A stretch of 64,000 nt of DNA from an uncultured Acidobacteriota bacterium (GCA_963741955.1 CAVUKB010000006.1:352001-416000); one strand, 5' to 3'; shown: positions 48,369 to 59,526, counted from the first letter of the stretch. Notes: generated by a model from the letters alone, not told the origin. A program made the numbers and translations.

Positions 48369-48561
48369 TCGAACACCCAAACTACATCAACTCCACTGAA
48401 ACCCCTCCAGCCGCGGTTCGTAAACGACCATTCAGGGATCGGTCTGCCCGGAATCACTTCCAGGTCGCTCCGAACCAGCGTAGAGTGCGATCGGCTCCCG
48501 CCCGATCCATTTCAATCGAGGAATCCGGCAATCGCCCGGACCCTCCGAAGGAGAGAGAACC

Positions 48562-51318
48562 ATGCAGCGGACCCGCAACATCATCCTCGCGATCTGCATC
48601 GCCGCCCTCGCCGCGTCGTCATTTGCGGCGCCACCACCGGCCGCGACCCAGGTGCCGCAGATCGACATTCCCTACACGAAGACGGTGCTCCCGAACGGCC
48701 TGACCCTTCTCGTACACGAAGACCACAAGGCACCCGTGGTCGCAGTCAACGTCTGGTACCACGTGGGATCGAAGAACGAGAAGCCGGGGCGCACCGGATT
48801 CGCACACCTCTTCGAGCACCTGATGTTCAACGGCAGCGAGAACTTCAACGACGACTACTTCAAGGTACTCGAGCGGGTCGGTGCAACCGATCTCAATGGG
48901 ACCACCAACGAGGACCGGACGAACTATTTCCAGAACGTCCCGACCTCCGCAATCGACCTGACGCTCTGGATGGAGTCGGACCGCATGGGACACCTGGTCG
49001 GTGCACTCGATCAGGCGAAGCTCGACGAGCAGCGCGGCGTCGTCCAGAACGAGAAGCGACAGGGTGATAACGAACCCTATGCCATCGCCGACGAGCTGAT
49101 TACGAAGGCCTGTTTCCCCGCCGGTCATCCCTACTCCTGGACCGTGATCGGATCGATGGAAGATCTCGATGCGGCCAGGCTCGACGACGTCAAGGAATGG
49201 TTCCGCAACTACTACGGCCCGGCCAACGCAGTGCTGGTGGTCGCGGGCGACATCGACACGAAGACCGCAGTGGAGAAAGCGACCAAGTACTTCGGCGACA
49301 TTCCGTCCGGGCCTCCGGTCGCACGATTCGAGTCGTGGGTCGCGAAGAGAAGCGGCGTGCAGCGCCAGAGCGCAACCGACCGCGTTCCCCAGGCTCGGGT
49401 CTACATGGTCTGGAACACTCCCGGATGGGGAACCGCCGATGCCACCTATCTCGATCTTCTCAGCGACGTGATGACCTCCGGAAAGAGCTCACGTCTCTAC
49501 AAGCGCCTGGTCTACGACGACCAGATCGCGACGGATGTGAACGCGTATTACGACCTCCGCGAGATCGCGGGACTCTTCGTCATTCGGGCGACTGCCCGTC
49601 CCGGTGGAGACCTCTCGAAGATCGAATCGGCGATCGACGAAGAGATGACGAAACTCCTCGCCACCGGACCGACCCAGTTCGAAGTCGACCGGGTGCGAAC
49701 CCAGAACCTCGCATCGTTCATCCGCGGCGCCGAAAGAATTGGCGGCTTCGGCGGAAAGAGCGACATCCTCGCCCGGAGCCAGGTCTTCGGCGGAAGTCCG
49801 GATGCCTACAGAGCTTCGCTGCAGCGCGTCGCGACGGCGACGCCGGCGAACCTCCTCGAAGCCGGAAAGAAGTGGCTCTCCGACGGCGTGTACATCCTCG
49901 ACATCACGCCGTTCCCGAAGTACACCACGGCGAGCGAGGGTGCCGACCGCAAGACCATGCCGAAGACGGGCGAGCCTCCTTCGCCTGCGTTTCCGAAGAT
50001 GGAGCGAGCCACGCTTCCGAACGGTATGAAGCTCATCGTCGCCGAGCGGCACACCGTCCCCACGGTCAACCTGATGCTGATGCTGGACGCCGGATACGCC
50101 GCTGATCAGTCGGCGACGCCCGGAACCGCGAGCCTGGCGATGGACATGCTCGACGAAGGGACGAAGACCCATTCGGCGCTGGAGATCAGCGATCAGCTGG
50201 CGATGCTCGGCGCGACGCTGAGAACCGGCTCCGATCTCGACGAGTCGGTGGTCCGGATGTCGGCGCTCTCGAGCAACCTCGATCCGTCGCTGGCGATCTT
50301 CAGTGACGTGATCCTCAATCCTGCGTTTCCGCAGGCCGACTTCGAACGTCTCCAGAAGCAGCAGATCGCGATGATCCAGAGGGAAAAGGCGCAGCCCATC
50401 CCGATGGGACTCCGAGTCTTCCCGAAAATCCTCTACGGCGTAGATCACGCGTACGGCAACCCGCTCACCGGATCGGGTACCGAGGCCTCGGTCGCCGCGA
50501 TGAAACGAAGCGATCTCGAGACGTTCCACCGCAACTGGTTCCGCCCGAACAACGCGACGCTGGTGGTCGTGGGCGACACCACACTCGCCGCGATCCAGCC
50601 GAAGATCCAAAAGCTCTTCTCCGGTTGGAAGAGTGGCGACGTTCCGAAGAAACACATCGGGACCGTTTCTCTCGCGCCTGCCCAGGCGGTCTATCTGATC
50701 GACAAACCGGGCGCTCAGCAGTCGATCGTTTTCGCCGGCCACGTCTCACTGCCGAAGGCGAATCCCCACGAGATCGCGATCGAGACGATGAACACGGTTC
50801 TCGGAGGAGCGTTCATCTCGCGCCTCAACATGAACCTCCGGGAAGACAAACACTGGTCCTATGGCGCCGGAAGCTTCCTCTGGGGTGCCCGGGGACAACG
50901 GCCGTTCATCGCGTATTCGCCGGTGCAGACCGACAAGACGAAGGAGTCGATGATGGAGATCAGCAAAGAGCTGAACGACATCACCTCGACCCGCCCGGTG
51001 ACGAACGACGAAGTCGCGATGGCCCAGTCCAACCTGATCCTGCAGCTTCCGGGGTCGTGGGAGACATCCGGCGAAGTGCTCAATGCGATCGGTGATCTGG
51101 TTCGCTACGGTCTCCCCGACGACTATTACGCGACTTATCCCGGGGCGGTGAAGGCGCTCACTCAGAAGGAAGTCGCTGCGGCAGCCGGCGAGGCGATTCA
51201 TCCGAAGAGTCTCGTCTGGGTGGTGGTCGGCGACCGCGAAAAGATCGAGAAGGGGATCCGCGAGCTCGGGTATGGCGAGATCCACGTCATCGACGCGGAC
51301 GGAAACCCCGTGAAGTAA
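48562..51318 (+). CDS. Secreted M16 (pitrilysin-family) zinc peptidase
   Basis: Signal peptide, inverted zincin HLFEH, two M16 halves and 'LREDKHWSYG'. Confidence 0.94.
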   Translation: MQRTRNIILAICIAALAASSFAAPPPAATQVPQIDIPYTKTVLPNGLTLLVHEDHKAPVVAVNVWYHVGSKNEKPGRTGFAHLFEHLMFNGSENFNDDYFKVLERVGATDLNGTTNEDRTNYFQNVPTSAIDLTLWMESDRMGHLVGALDQAKLDEQRGVVQNEKRQGDNEPYAIADELITKACFPAGHPYSWTVIGSMEDLDAARLDDVKEWFRNYYGPANAVLVVAGDIDTKTAVEKATKYFGDIPSGPPVARFESWVAKRSGVQRQSATDRVPQARVYMVWNTPGWGTADATYLDLLSDVMTSGKSSRLYKRLVYDDQIATDVNAYYDLREIAGLFVIRATARPGGDLSKIESAIDEEMTKLLATGPTQFEVDRVRTQNLASFIRGAERIGGFGGKSDILARSQVFGGSPDAYRASLQRVATATPANLLEAGKKWLSDGVYILDITPFPKYTTASEGADRKTMPKTGEPPSPAFPKMERATLPNGMKLIVAERHTVPTVNLMLMLDAGYAADQSATPGTASLAMDMLDEGTKTHSALEISDQLAMLGATLRTGSDLDESVVRMSALSSNLDPSLAIFSDVILNPAFPQADFERLQKQQIAMIQREKAQPIPMGLRVFPKILYGVDHAYGNPLTGSGTEASVAAMKRSDLETFHRNWFRPNNATLVVVGDTTLAAIQPKIQKLFSGWKSGDVPKKHIGTVSLAPAQAVYLIDKPGAQQSIVFAGHVSLPKANPHEIAIETMNTVLGGAFISRLNMNLREDKHWSYGAGSFLWGARGQRPFIAYSPVQTDKTKESMMEISKELNDITSTRPVTNDEVAMAQSNLILQLPGSWETSGEVLNAIGDLVRYGLPDDYYATYPGAVKALTQKEVAAAAGEAIHPKSLVWVVVGDREKIEKGIRELGYGEIHVIDADGNPVK

Positions 51319-51334
51319 CCGACGAGATCCGATG

Positions 51335-51375
51335 AAAAAGAAAGGGCGCCGCATCACGCGGCGCCCTTTTCGTTT
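51335..51375. terminator. Bidirectional intrinsic terminator
   Basis: AAAGGGCGCCGC-ATCAC-GCGGCGCCCTTT with A and T flanks, between convergent genes. Confidence 0.8.
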
Positions 51376-51377
51376 CG

Positions 51378-54300
51378 CTACTGTTTCGACATGTCTGGAG
51401 GAGGTGGAACCACCAGCTTCTTCGGCGGATTCGCCTCGAGCTCCTTCATCAGAACCTCGACCGCCTTCTCGAGACTCGGATCCTTTCCGGCCACGACGAG
51501 CTCCGGCCGGTCGACCACTTCGATGTCCGGATCCACACCGTGATCCTCCACCGTCCAGGCGCCCTCGGTGTCGAGGATGCGGAACGTCGGAACCAGCACG
51601 GTTCCTCCGTCCATCAGATCGGCGTTGCCCGAAAGTCCGATCAGTCCACCCCAGGTGCGCGTACCGATCACCTTTCCGAGCTTCAGCTTCTTGAAATAGT
51701 AGGGGAACGCATCGCCGCCGGACGAGGAATAGCCGTTGATCAGCACCGCCTTCGGGCCGACGTTCGCAAAGCCGGGAGTCCTGATCGGCTCCACGCCGCG
51801 AACCACCCAGTAGTTCAGCAGCGGACGGTCGAGCAGTTCGATCATCCGATCCGGGATGAACCCACCGCCGTTGTACCGATCGTCGATGATCAGCGCGTCC
51901 TTGTTCGCCTGAGGGAAGAAATGCTTGAACAGCTCACGGTTCCCTTCGACGGCGGTATCCGGGATGTGGATGTACCCGATGCGACCACCGGAGAGCTCGT
52001 CCACCAGTTTCTGCCGCGAGGTCACCCAGGCGAGATAGCGGAGGTGCCCCTCGTATTTGATGGGACGGATGATCTCGTCGTGTCCGGTGGCCGGATCAGG
52101 AGTCGAGCCGACACGGAGGGTCACCAGGCGGTTCGCCTTGTTCTCCAGGAGGCTGTAGAAATTCTCGACTCCCTTCGTCGACACGCCGTCGACGGCGAGA
52201 ATCAGATCGCCTTCCTTCACCTTCACACCGGGCTCGGTGAGCGGTGAGCGATACTCGGGGCTCCAGTTCTCCCCGGGGAAAATCTTCGTGATCCGGAAAT
52301 ACCCCGAGCCCGAGGGATCCGCATCGACGTTGGCGCCGAGGAGCGCGCCATCCTTGCGCGGAATCTGCCAGTCGTCGGAAGTCTGGATGTAGACGTGGCC
52401 GGAGACGAGCTCTCCACCGAGCTCCCCGAGGATGTAATCGAGATCGGATCGATGCGCGACGAAGGCAACCAGTGGCTCGTACTTCTTCCGCATCGCGGCC
52501 CAGTCGATACCGTGCATATTCGGGTCGTAGAACCAGTCACGGAACGTCCGCCATGCGTCGACGAACTCCTCGGACCATTCCGCACGCGGGACGATCTTCA
52601 TTTCGAGATGAGCGAGGTCGAGGTGGTCTCCGCTCTTCTGCCCCGGTTTGGCGTCGACGATGCCGTAGTCGTCGCCGGTGGAGTAGATCAGCTTTTCCCC
52701 CCCTGCGGCGAGGTCCCAGGCCTGGATGCCGGAGAGTACGGTCTCACTCTTTTTCCCCTCCAGGTCGTAGAACTTCAGCTCCGCAGCCGCTCCTTCTCCC
52801 TTGATGAAGAAGACGCCCTTGTCGTTGGCGGCGAGAGCGCGATACTGATCCGACTCACTCGGGATGGCGCGGACGCGCGACTCGAAGCCCGCGACGTCGA
52901 TCTTCACATCGGGAGTCGAGGAGGTCTTCGCGTCCTTCTTCTTTTCGTCCTTCTTTCCGGACTCTGCGCTCGTGTCGCTTGCAGGCTTTTCTTCGTCGTT
53001 GGTCGGAAGGAGAAGCGCCGGCCCGTCGGCGGCGAGAAGACCCACGTAAACGCGGGTCGGCTTCGTGTAGAGATAGTTGAACTCGTAACCGCTGAACGTC
53101 AGATTGAAGTCGCGGTTCGAAAGAAAGTAGAGATAGCGCCCTTTCGGATCGAACACCGGCGAGTAATCGTCGGTCCGTCCATCCGTCAGCGCGTACGACT
53201 TCGCGTCCTTCAATGAGTAGACGCGGATCGTCGAGAGCCGGGTCGGCCCGACGTCGGTGTATGCGATCCACTTCGAGTCGGGGGACCACTGATACTGATC
53301 GATGTCCGCGTATTTGCCTTTGTCGACATCCACGATCTTCCCGTTGCCGCTGTCGACGTAGTGGAGCGTCGCGTTCTTGTCCGCGAAAGCGAGATAGCGG
53401 CTGTCCGGAGACCAGAGTGGGGCAGTCTTCCAGACGTGACCGTTCGAGGTCACCTGCCGCTCGGCGCCGCTGCCGTCGGCGTTACGGACGTAGATCTCGT
53501 ACTCGCCGGTGCGATCGCTCAGATACGCGATCAGGCGCCCGTCAGGGGACCAGGAGGCGTCGAGCTCGCGGATTCCGGGCGTCGCGGTGAGATTACGGAT
53601 CTCCCCTTCCTTGGCCGGGACGGTGAATACGTCACCTCGCGCGTCGAACAGTGCGCGAGCGCCGGACGGCGAGATGGAGAAGGAATGGACCTCGTCCTTC
53701 ACGTTCTTGAAGTACGGGACGGTCCCGGGAAGGTCTCCGTAAACGCGGATCGGAACGCGAACGTCTTCTCCCGTCGACGGATCGAAACGCCAGACGTAGC
53801 CGCCGGCCTCGTAGACGACCCGGCGCCCATCGCTGCTCGGCCAGAGAACGTCCCAGTCATCGTGATGCGTGGCCTTGGTCGTTGCGCCGGTCGCCGGTGA
53901 GTAGGAGTAGAGATTGAGGGTGTGCTCGCGGTCGGACGTGAACTCGATGGTTCCGTCGGCGAGCCACACCGGCTGGTTGTCGGTGCCGACCCAGTTGGTG
54001 ATCTGTTTCGACGAGTGGTTCTTCAGATCGTAGATCCACACGTCCTGAGCGCGACCGCCACGATAGTGCTTCCAGGTCCGGAACTCGCGCTCGATCGGCG
54101 TATAGACGATCTTCGTGCCGTCCGGCGACATGACCCCGCCTCCTGCTTCAGGAATCTCGAGCGGAGTCTCCATTCCTCCGGTGGCCGGGACGGTATAGAA
54201 CGTCGCCATCCGTTCGCCGAACGGCAACCGATGGGCGAGGAAGAGAACCGACTTCCCGTCGGGAGTCCAGCCGACGACGCGGTTGTCCACGCCGCCGCGC

Positions 54301-54647
54301 GGCGGCATCGGGCCGACGTCGTTGTAGTACGTGAGCTGGCGCGGCTGTCCGCCGTCGACGCTGATCACGTAAACCTGGCGCGTGCCGTTGTAGTCCCCGA
54401 CGAACGCGATCGACTTTCCGTCGGGCGAGAACTTGGGGAAGAGCTCGAGGCCGGGATGGGATGTGAGTCTGCGGGCGGTGCCTCCGTCCGCACCGACTAC
54501 CCAGATGTCGCCCGCGTAGACGAACGCGATCGTGTCACCGTGGATGTCGGGATAACGGAGGAGTCGTGTCAGGTCGTCCTGCGCGAAAAGCGCAGTGGCC
54601 ATGACGAGAGCCAGGAAACCGATGAAGAGGCTTCTAATTGAACGCAT
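51378..54647 (-). CDS. Tricorn-like S41 protease
   Basis: Signal peptide, PD40 propeller repeats, PDZ, 'IIDDRYNGGG', catalytic 'SSSGGD' and 'IGTRTWGG'. Confidence 0.94.
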   Translation of the reverse strand: MRSIRSLFIGFLALVMATALFAQDDLTRLLRYPDIHGDTIAFVYAGDIWVVGADGGTARRLTSHPGLELFPKFSPDGKSIAFVGDYNGTRQVYVISVDGGQPRQLTYYNDVGPMPPRGGVDNRVVGWTPDGKSVLFLAHRLPFGERMATFYTVPATGGMETPLEIPEAGGGVMSPDGTKIVYTPIEREFRTWKHYRGGRAQDVWIYDLKNHSSKQITNWVGTDNQPVWLADGTIEFTSDREHTLNLYSYSPATGATTKATHHDDWDVLWPSSDGRRVVYEAGGYVWRFDPSTGEDVRVPIRVYGDLPGTVPYFKNVKDEVHSFSISPSGARALFDARGDVFTVPAKEGEIRNLTATPGIRELDASWSPDGRLIAYLSDRTGEYEIYVRNADGSGAERQVTSNGHVWKTAPLWSPDSRYLAFADKNATLHYVDSGNGKIVDVDKGKYADIDQYQWSPDSKWIAYTDVGPTRLSTIRVYSLKDAKSYALTDGRTDDYSPVFDPKGRYLYFLSNRDFNLTFSGYEFNYLYTKPTRVYVGLLAADGPALLLPTNDEEKPASDTSAESGKKDEKKKDAKTSSTPDVKIDVAGFESRVRAIPSESDQYRALAANDKGVFFIKGEGAAAELKFYDLEGKKSETVLSGIQAWDLAAGGEKLIYSTGDDYGIVDAKPGQKSGDHLDLAHLEMKIVPRAEWSEEFVDAWRTFRDWFYDPNMHGIDWAAMRKKYEPLVAFVAHRSDLDYILGELGGELVSGHVYIQTSDDWQIPRKDGALLGANVDADPSGSGYFRITKIFPGENWSPEYRSPLTEPGVKVKEGDLILAVDGVSTKGVENFYSLLENKANRLVTLRVGSTPDPATGHDEIIRPIKYEGHLRYLAWVTSRQKLVDELSGGRIGYIHIPDTAVEGNRELFKHFFPQANKDALIIDDRYNGGGFIPDRMIELLDRPLLNYWVVRGVEPIRTPGFANVGPKAVLINGYSSSGGDAFPYYFKKLKLGKVIGTRTWGGLIGLSGNADLMDGGTVLVPTFRILDTEGAWTVEDHGVDPDIEVVDRPELVVAGKDPSLEKAVEVLMKELEANPPKKLVVPPPPDMSKQ

Positions 54648-55022
54648 GAAACTCCTTTCTGACGCCGGACGACCGTCGGACGGCCGCACGGCGGGACCGG
54701 TGCTTTCTTCTGACCGAAGGACCGGATGACGATGATCCGGGCGGATGCGCTGATCCTATTTCGGTGCGAGGGCGCAATCCAGCCGGAGTACCGTTCGCTG
54801 GCAACAGTTTTCGGATTCACAACAATCCGAGGGATGGCGGAAGGCGGAAATCGTTTCCGCCCGTGGAGTGCGGATTCTCAATCCGCCGCGCGTATTGCGG
54901 CGCGCTCGAAACTCGACCCTGACCGCCGTCTTCGCCAGAAGCACAGCCGTCTTCACGTGTGGGTTGCGAGTGAGTCGGTACTCCTCGAACGATGACGCCC
55001 TCCGCCGTCCGCCGTCCGGGGA

Positions 55023-56339
55023 TCACTTTCGCACGTACACCGTTCCTTCTTTCATCACGAAGATCGGACGCTGCGTAGCGGTGATGTCGCGGGTCGGATC
55101 GCCGGGAACTGCGACGATGTCCGCAGATTTCCCCTTCTCCAGTGAGCCGGTGATGTCGTTGATCCCGAGAAGCTTCGACGCTTCCCAGGTCGCTGCCCGA
55201 AGCGCTGCGGCGGGCTCCATTCCGTACTTCGTCATCAGGACGAACTCCCGTGCGTTGATGCCGTGAGGCGAGACGGCCGAATCGGTACCGAACGCGATCG
55301 GCACGCCAATTTTCACGGCGTTCCGAAACATCTCCGTGGCCGCCGCCGCGGCCGCTCGTGCTTTCGCCGCGATGGTCGGCGGGAACTTGTCCGCATGGGT
55401 GCCGACGGTGTCGACTGCGAGAAGTGTGGGGACGAGATACACGCCCTTTTCCTTCATCAAACGTAGCGTGTCGGGCTGGAGAAAGGAGCCGTGCTCGATG
55501 GAATCGACACCGGCGGCGATGGCCATCCGCGCGGCCTGATCTCCATGGCAGTGGGCTGCAGCCTTTCTCCCCCAGGCGTGGGCTTCGCTCACGATCGCGT
55601 TCATCTCTTCCTGGGTCAGCTGCGGGTTCTGGACGGGATCGGAGAGCGAGAGAACGCCGCCGGACGGCATGAACTTGATCACGTCGGCGCCGTACTTGAT
55701 CTGGTAGCGAACCGCGGCCCGGCACTCATCCGCTCCGTTGCAGACTCCTTCGACCGGCCCGAGCGGCTTGATCTCTGCCGGGGGATAAGGCGCCTGGTCA
55801 GCGTGACCACCGGTCGATCCGATGGCGTGAATGGCCACGAGCATTCGGGGGCCGGGAACGATCCCGTCCCGGATGGCATTGCGCAGACCGACATCCAGAT
55901 AATCGCGCGAGCCGACGTCGCGGACGGTGGTGAATCCCGCGTCGAGAACTTTCTTCGCGTATGACGCGGCGTAGTGAGCCTGTTCCGTGGGGAATCGCAT
56001 CACTTCCTGATAGAAGTCGCGGTACCAGTCGTCCGAAGCCTCTCCAGTGAGGTGAGTGTGCGAGTCGATGAATCCGGGGAGGATCGTCGCGTCCCCGAGG
56101 TCGACCACTTCGGCATTCGCGGGGATGGGAAGACGCGATCCCGCGTCGACGATCTTCCGTCCCTCGACGATCACCACTCCATCGGGGACGATGGTTCCGC
56201 GTTGCGAATCGAACATCCGTGCGGCGCGAATCGCGGTCACCGACGGAGTGGTCGGTGCCGTCGCGTCCGGACCACTCCGGGCGATGGCCGCGGAGACGAA
56301 CAGCAGTAAGAATCCAACCAGAGTGAACGGACGTCGCAT
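55023..56339 (-). CDS. Secreted metal-dependent amidohydrolase (Xaa-Pro dipeptidase-like)
   Basis: 'PGFIDSHTH', 'GFTTVRD', 'AAHCHG', 'SIEHG', 'FGTDS' and 'GKSADIV'. Confidence 0.92.
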   Translation of the reverse strand: MRRPFTLVGFLLLFVSAAIARSGPDATAPTTPSVTAIRAARMFDSQRGTIVPDGVVIVEGRKIVDAGSRLPIPANAEVVDLGDATILPGFIDSHTHLTGEASDDWYRDFYQEVMRFPTEQAHYAASYAKKVLDAGFTTVRDVGSRDYLDVGLRNAIRDGIVPGPRMLVAIHAIGSTGGHADQAPYPPAEIKPLGPVEGVCNGADECRAAVRYQIKYGADVIKFMPSGGVLSLSDPVQNPQLTQEEMNAIVSEAHAWGRKAAAHCHGDQAARMAIAAGVDSIEHGSFLQPDTLRLMKEKGVYLVPTLLAVDTVGTHADKFPPTIAAKARAAAAAATEMFRNAVKIGVPIAFGTDSAVSPHGINAREFVLMTKYGMEPAAALRAATWEASKLLGINDITGSLEKGKSADIVAVPGDPTRDITATQRPIFVMKEGTVYVRK

Positions 56340-56536
56340 GCGAAGGTGCCTCCTCGATCGATGTTCGTGATGCCGCGTCGCCTCCCCCGGCATCCTGCGG
56401 GGTGCAAAACTGGTTGATTCTACCCGGATTTCCTCCGCACTCCGCGAAAGCCTTATCGAACGATAGTTGGAACCCTATCCGTCGGCCAATGTCTCGCAAT
56501 GACCGACGCGTCTATATTGGCCGTCGGGTCGAGCCA

Positions 56537-56833
56537 ATGTCGGAGCGAAGAAGAATCCCCCGCCATCCGATCCAGGTCCCGGTCGACCTGGACGAAGCAT
56601 CAGCCCAGACCAGAGACATCAGCGCCGGCGGGCTGTATCTTTACACCGATGTCGATCTCCGTCCGGGGTCAGAGATTCATTTTTCGCTCGTCTTTCCCAA
56701 TACCCCTTCTTCATTCGGCCATTTTCGGTGTGTCGGACACGTGCTGCGCGTCGAGGATGCGAACGAAAAGATCGGAGTGGCGCTCACCATCGACGACATC
56801 TGGTTCGAACGGGACGACGGCAGGGGACATTGA
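56537..56833 (+). CDS. PilZ domain protein
   Basis: RxxxR (RRIPR) and DxSxxG (DISAGG) c-di-GMP motifs. Start uncertain. Confidence 0.88.
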   Translation: MSERRRIPRHPIQVPVDLDEASAQTRDISAGGLYLYTDVDLRPGSEIHFSLVFPNTPSSFGHFRCVGHVLRVEDANEKIGVALTIDDIWFERDDGRGH

Positions 56834-56924
56834 TAACTCGGATCCCAAGAGGACTCGGAAGGACAACGGGTTCCTCGGTCCGGGGCGTTGTGACTGAGGT
56901 GGGGCTGTAGGACGGGGCTGCAGA

Positions 56925-56946
56925 CGGGGGCGCTTCGGCGCCCCCG
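56925..56946. terminator. GC hairpin between convergent genes
   Basis: CGGGGGCGC-TTCG-GCGCCCCCG with a weak U tail. Confidence 0.45.
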
Positions 56947-57191
56947 GTTGTTCGTCGGAATCAGACGAAAATCCAGAATCGCGAACAAAACCGAAACGGC
57001 GCAACCGACCAGGTCTACGCCTGCGATTCAGGAAAGCGGGACCGGTGCAGGTTCCGTCGCTCCATATGTCCTGGTCTGAATTCCGATGGAGAAAGCGACG
57101 TTCTCGACGGCTTGTCGATCAGGAACGGTGTGGAGAGCGTCGCGATCTCGAGTCTCGATTGTGCAACCCCATTCTGGAGCGCTCGTCTTCT

Positions 57192-57830
57192 TCAGGCCAG
57201 ACCCTTCTCACGCGCGTAGACCATCAGCTCCATCCGGCCGTTCACCTTCAGCTTCTCGTACACCGAATGGAGGTGCATCTTCACCGTTCCTTCGGTGATG
57301 AAGAGTTTCTCCGCGATCATCCGATTTCTCATCCCGGTGCTCACCATCCGGATGATCTCGAGCTCGCGCGGCGTGAGAACGGAACGGGCGAGTACCATCC
57401 CCTCTTCGCGCTTCATCAGGCGTTCGAGAGCCTTCCCTACCGACCCCTTCTCGAGCCACTGTCCTCCGGCGTTCACCTTTCGGACGCATTCGATCAGGAG
57501 GCGCGGAGCCATTTCCTTCAGCACCACCCCTTTCGCTCCGAGCCGGATCGCTTCGAGGACCTCTTCTTCATTCAGCGCGGCGGTCAGAAGGACGACTTTC
57601 GTGGTCAGCTTGTCGCGCTTCATCTGTCTGAGGACCGCGAGCCCGTCCTTCTTCGGCATCTTGATGTCGAGGATCACCACGTCGGCGTCGACCCGGTGAA
57701 GTGCGTCGAGCACCTGTTCGCCGTCGATGCAGCGGGCCACGATCTCGAATTCGTCGTAGTCCTCGAAAAGCTGTTCGAGGCCGTTGAGGACGATCGGATG
57801 ATCGTCGGCAATGATCAGTCGAATTGCCAT
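57192..57830 (-). CDS. NarL/LuxR-family response regulator
   Basis: 'IADDHPIV', 'LDIKMP' and 'LTPRELEI...N..IAE.LFI.EGTVK.H'. Confidence 0.94.
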   Translation of the reverse strand: MAIRLIIADDHPIVLNGLEQLFEDYDEFEIVARCIDGEQVLDALHRVDADVVILDIKMPKKDGLAVLRQMKRDKLTTKVVLLTAALNEEEVLEAIRLGAKGVVLKEMAPRLLIECVRKVNAGGQWLEKGSVGKALERLMKREEGMVLARSVLTPRELEIIRMVSTGMRNRMIAEKLFITEGTVKMHLHSVYEKLKVNGRMELMVYAREKGLA

Positions 57831-57831
57831 G

Positions 57832-59526
57832 TCAGACTCCTGCCATGATCGCCGGGACTTCGATCTCGAGGAACGCACCGTGATCGGACGACTCGATCAC
57901 GAGCTCTCCGCCCAGGGATGCGATCCGCTCCTTCAGCGTGACCGGACCGCGTTTCATACTCGTCAACGCAGAGAGATCGTACCTTCCCTTGAACGGAAAT
58001 CCCTTCCCATTGTCGGCCACCGTAATGCGGATCGTGTCGTCACGCGATCCGATCTCCACCACCGCTCTCGTCGCATCGGCGTGCTTCGCGACGTTTGCCA
58101 CCGCCTCACTGACGATGCTGAAGATCTCATTGCGCAGCTCCGGCGAGAGCGTCTGAGGAAAGGCTTCCGTTCGCAATTCCACGTCGAGTCCCCATTGTCG
58201 CTCAAATCGCTCCGCAAGGGCGGAAAGCCGGCTGACCAGGCGGGTATCCTCGGTCGGAAGATCCGACCGTGGCCGGAGCTGGAGAATCAGCGAGCGGAGC
58301 TCGCGCTGATCGCTGGCGATGATCTCCTGAATCTGCGCGACGCGTCTCTTGGCGGATTCGGCAGAATCGGGGATCAGCCGGTGCAGCGTCTCCAGCTGGT
58401 ACGCTGCGCCGGTCAGTGACTGCAGCACCCCGTCATGCAGATCGCGGGAGAGGCGGACGCGCTCCTCGGTGATCGCAGTCCCCTGCATCTTTTCGATGAA
58501 GTACAACTGATCGAGGCGGCTCGCGAGAAGCCGCGCAACGATCTCGCTCAGGAGGAGATCGTCGGGGCTCAATTCGCGATCGTCGAAGAAGAAGACCCGC
58601 CCGTTGAGGTTCTCTCCTTCGATCGGAGCGGAGCAGATGTTCCGTTCGGGAACGTCGGAAAGGAAATCGCGATGCACGGGGTTGCCGGATGACGCGAGCG
58701 CGATTCCGGTCGAGGTGAGCCGGAGTGTCGTCGAACGGTCCGTGCCCCGGCGCACGATGAAGCTGTTCGTCTCGAACGGCGGCGCAATGAGGGGGACGAA
58801 TCGATTCGGCGGTTTCCGGTCGAACGAGAATCCTCCTGCTCTCCATCTCGCGACGTAGATGAACGGTTCTTCGCTGTCCTCCCAGGTCAATGCCGTTCCC
58901 GCTACTGCGAGCAGCTCGGTGCTCCGCTGGAGAACTGCCGGGAGAACATCTTCGCGGCGGTCCGAGCGCGTCCGGGGCCAGGCTGCGAGCTTCGCAAAAT
59001 CACTCTGAAGGTGACGCTGGTGCTCGCCGAGTGAGAGAAGGAGCATCGTGGCGACGACCAGCCCGACCGATCGGATCAGAAAATCGCCGTCGCGAATCGC
59101 TGCCCGGAGTGGCTGCGGCGACATGAGAAGACCGGTCGCCACATACATCGCGAGGGCGACCGTTCCGGTTGCGACTGTCGCCCGCGATCGGAATCGAAGC
59201 GTTGAGACGAAAAGCGAGAAGAAGTAGTAAATGAAGAATGGGCTCTCTCGACCGCCGGTGAATGCGATGAGACATGAGGTCATCGCAAGGTCTGCGACGT
59301 GAATGGCGATCGTCCATTCGAGCCGGGAGACTGAGAGCGACGAGAGAAGGACTACCCCGAGAGAGAGGACGATGTAGCCACCGAGAATTCCGTAGATGGC
59401 ATTCGGCGCCTCCGCGGGCTGGTGCGGATCGACGATGAGCGCGAGAAGGGCAGCCAGTGCGAGGGCGATGCGGCCGATCGCAATCAATCGCTCGGTGCGC
59501 GTGTGTGGTGACCAGTTGGTCTGCAT
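57832..59526 (-). CDS. Membrane sensor histidine kinase (HisKA_3)
   Basis: Multiple N-terminal TMs, 'ERVRLSRDLHDGVLQSL', 'EAVANVAKHA' and 'DNGKGF'. Confidence 0.92.
   Translation of the reverse strand: MQTNWSPHTRTERLIAIGRIALALAALLALIVDPHQPAEAPNAIYGILGGYIVLSLGVVLLSSLSVSRLEWTIAIHVADLAMTSCLIAFTGGRESPFFIYYFFSLFVSTLRFRSRATVATGTVALAMYVATGLLMSPQPLRAAIRDGDFLIRSVGLVVATMLLLSLGEHQRHLQSDFAKLAAWPRTRSDRREDVLPAVLQRSTELLAVAGTALTWEDSEEPFIYVARWRAGGFSFDRKPPNRFVPLIAPPFETNSFIVRRGTDRSTTLRLTSTGIALASSGNPVHRDFLSDVPERNICSAPIEGENLNGRVFFFDDRELSPDDLLLSEIVARLLASRLDQLYFIEKMQGTAITEERVRLSRDLHDGVLQSLTGAAYQLETLHRLIPDSAESAKRRVAQIQEIIASDQRELRSLILQLRPRSDLPTEDTRLVSRLSALAERFERQWGLDVELRTEAFPQTLSPELRNEIFSIVSEAVANVAKHADATRAVVEIGSRDDTIRITVADNGKGFPFKGRYDLSALTSMKRGPVTLKERIASLGGELVIESSDHGAFLEIEVPAIMAGV

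Noticed and set aside
54862-54905. Isolated GTGG-GCGGATT/AATCCGC palindrome as a REP or ncRNA
   Set aside because: Single copy in the window; cannot be separated from an ordinary intergenic hairpin.
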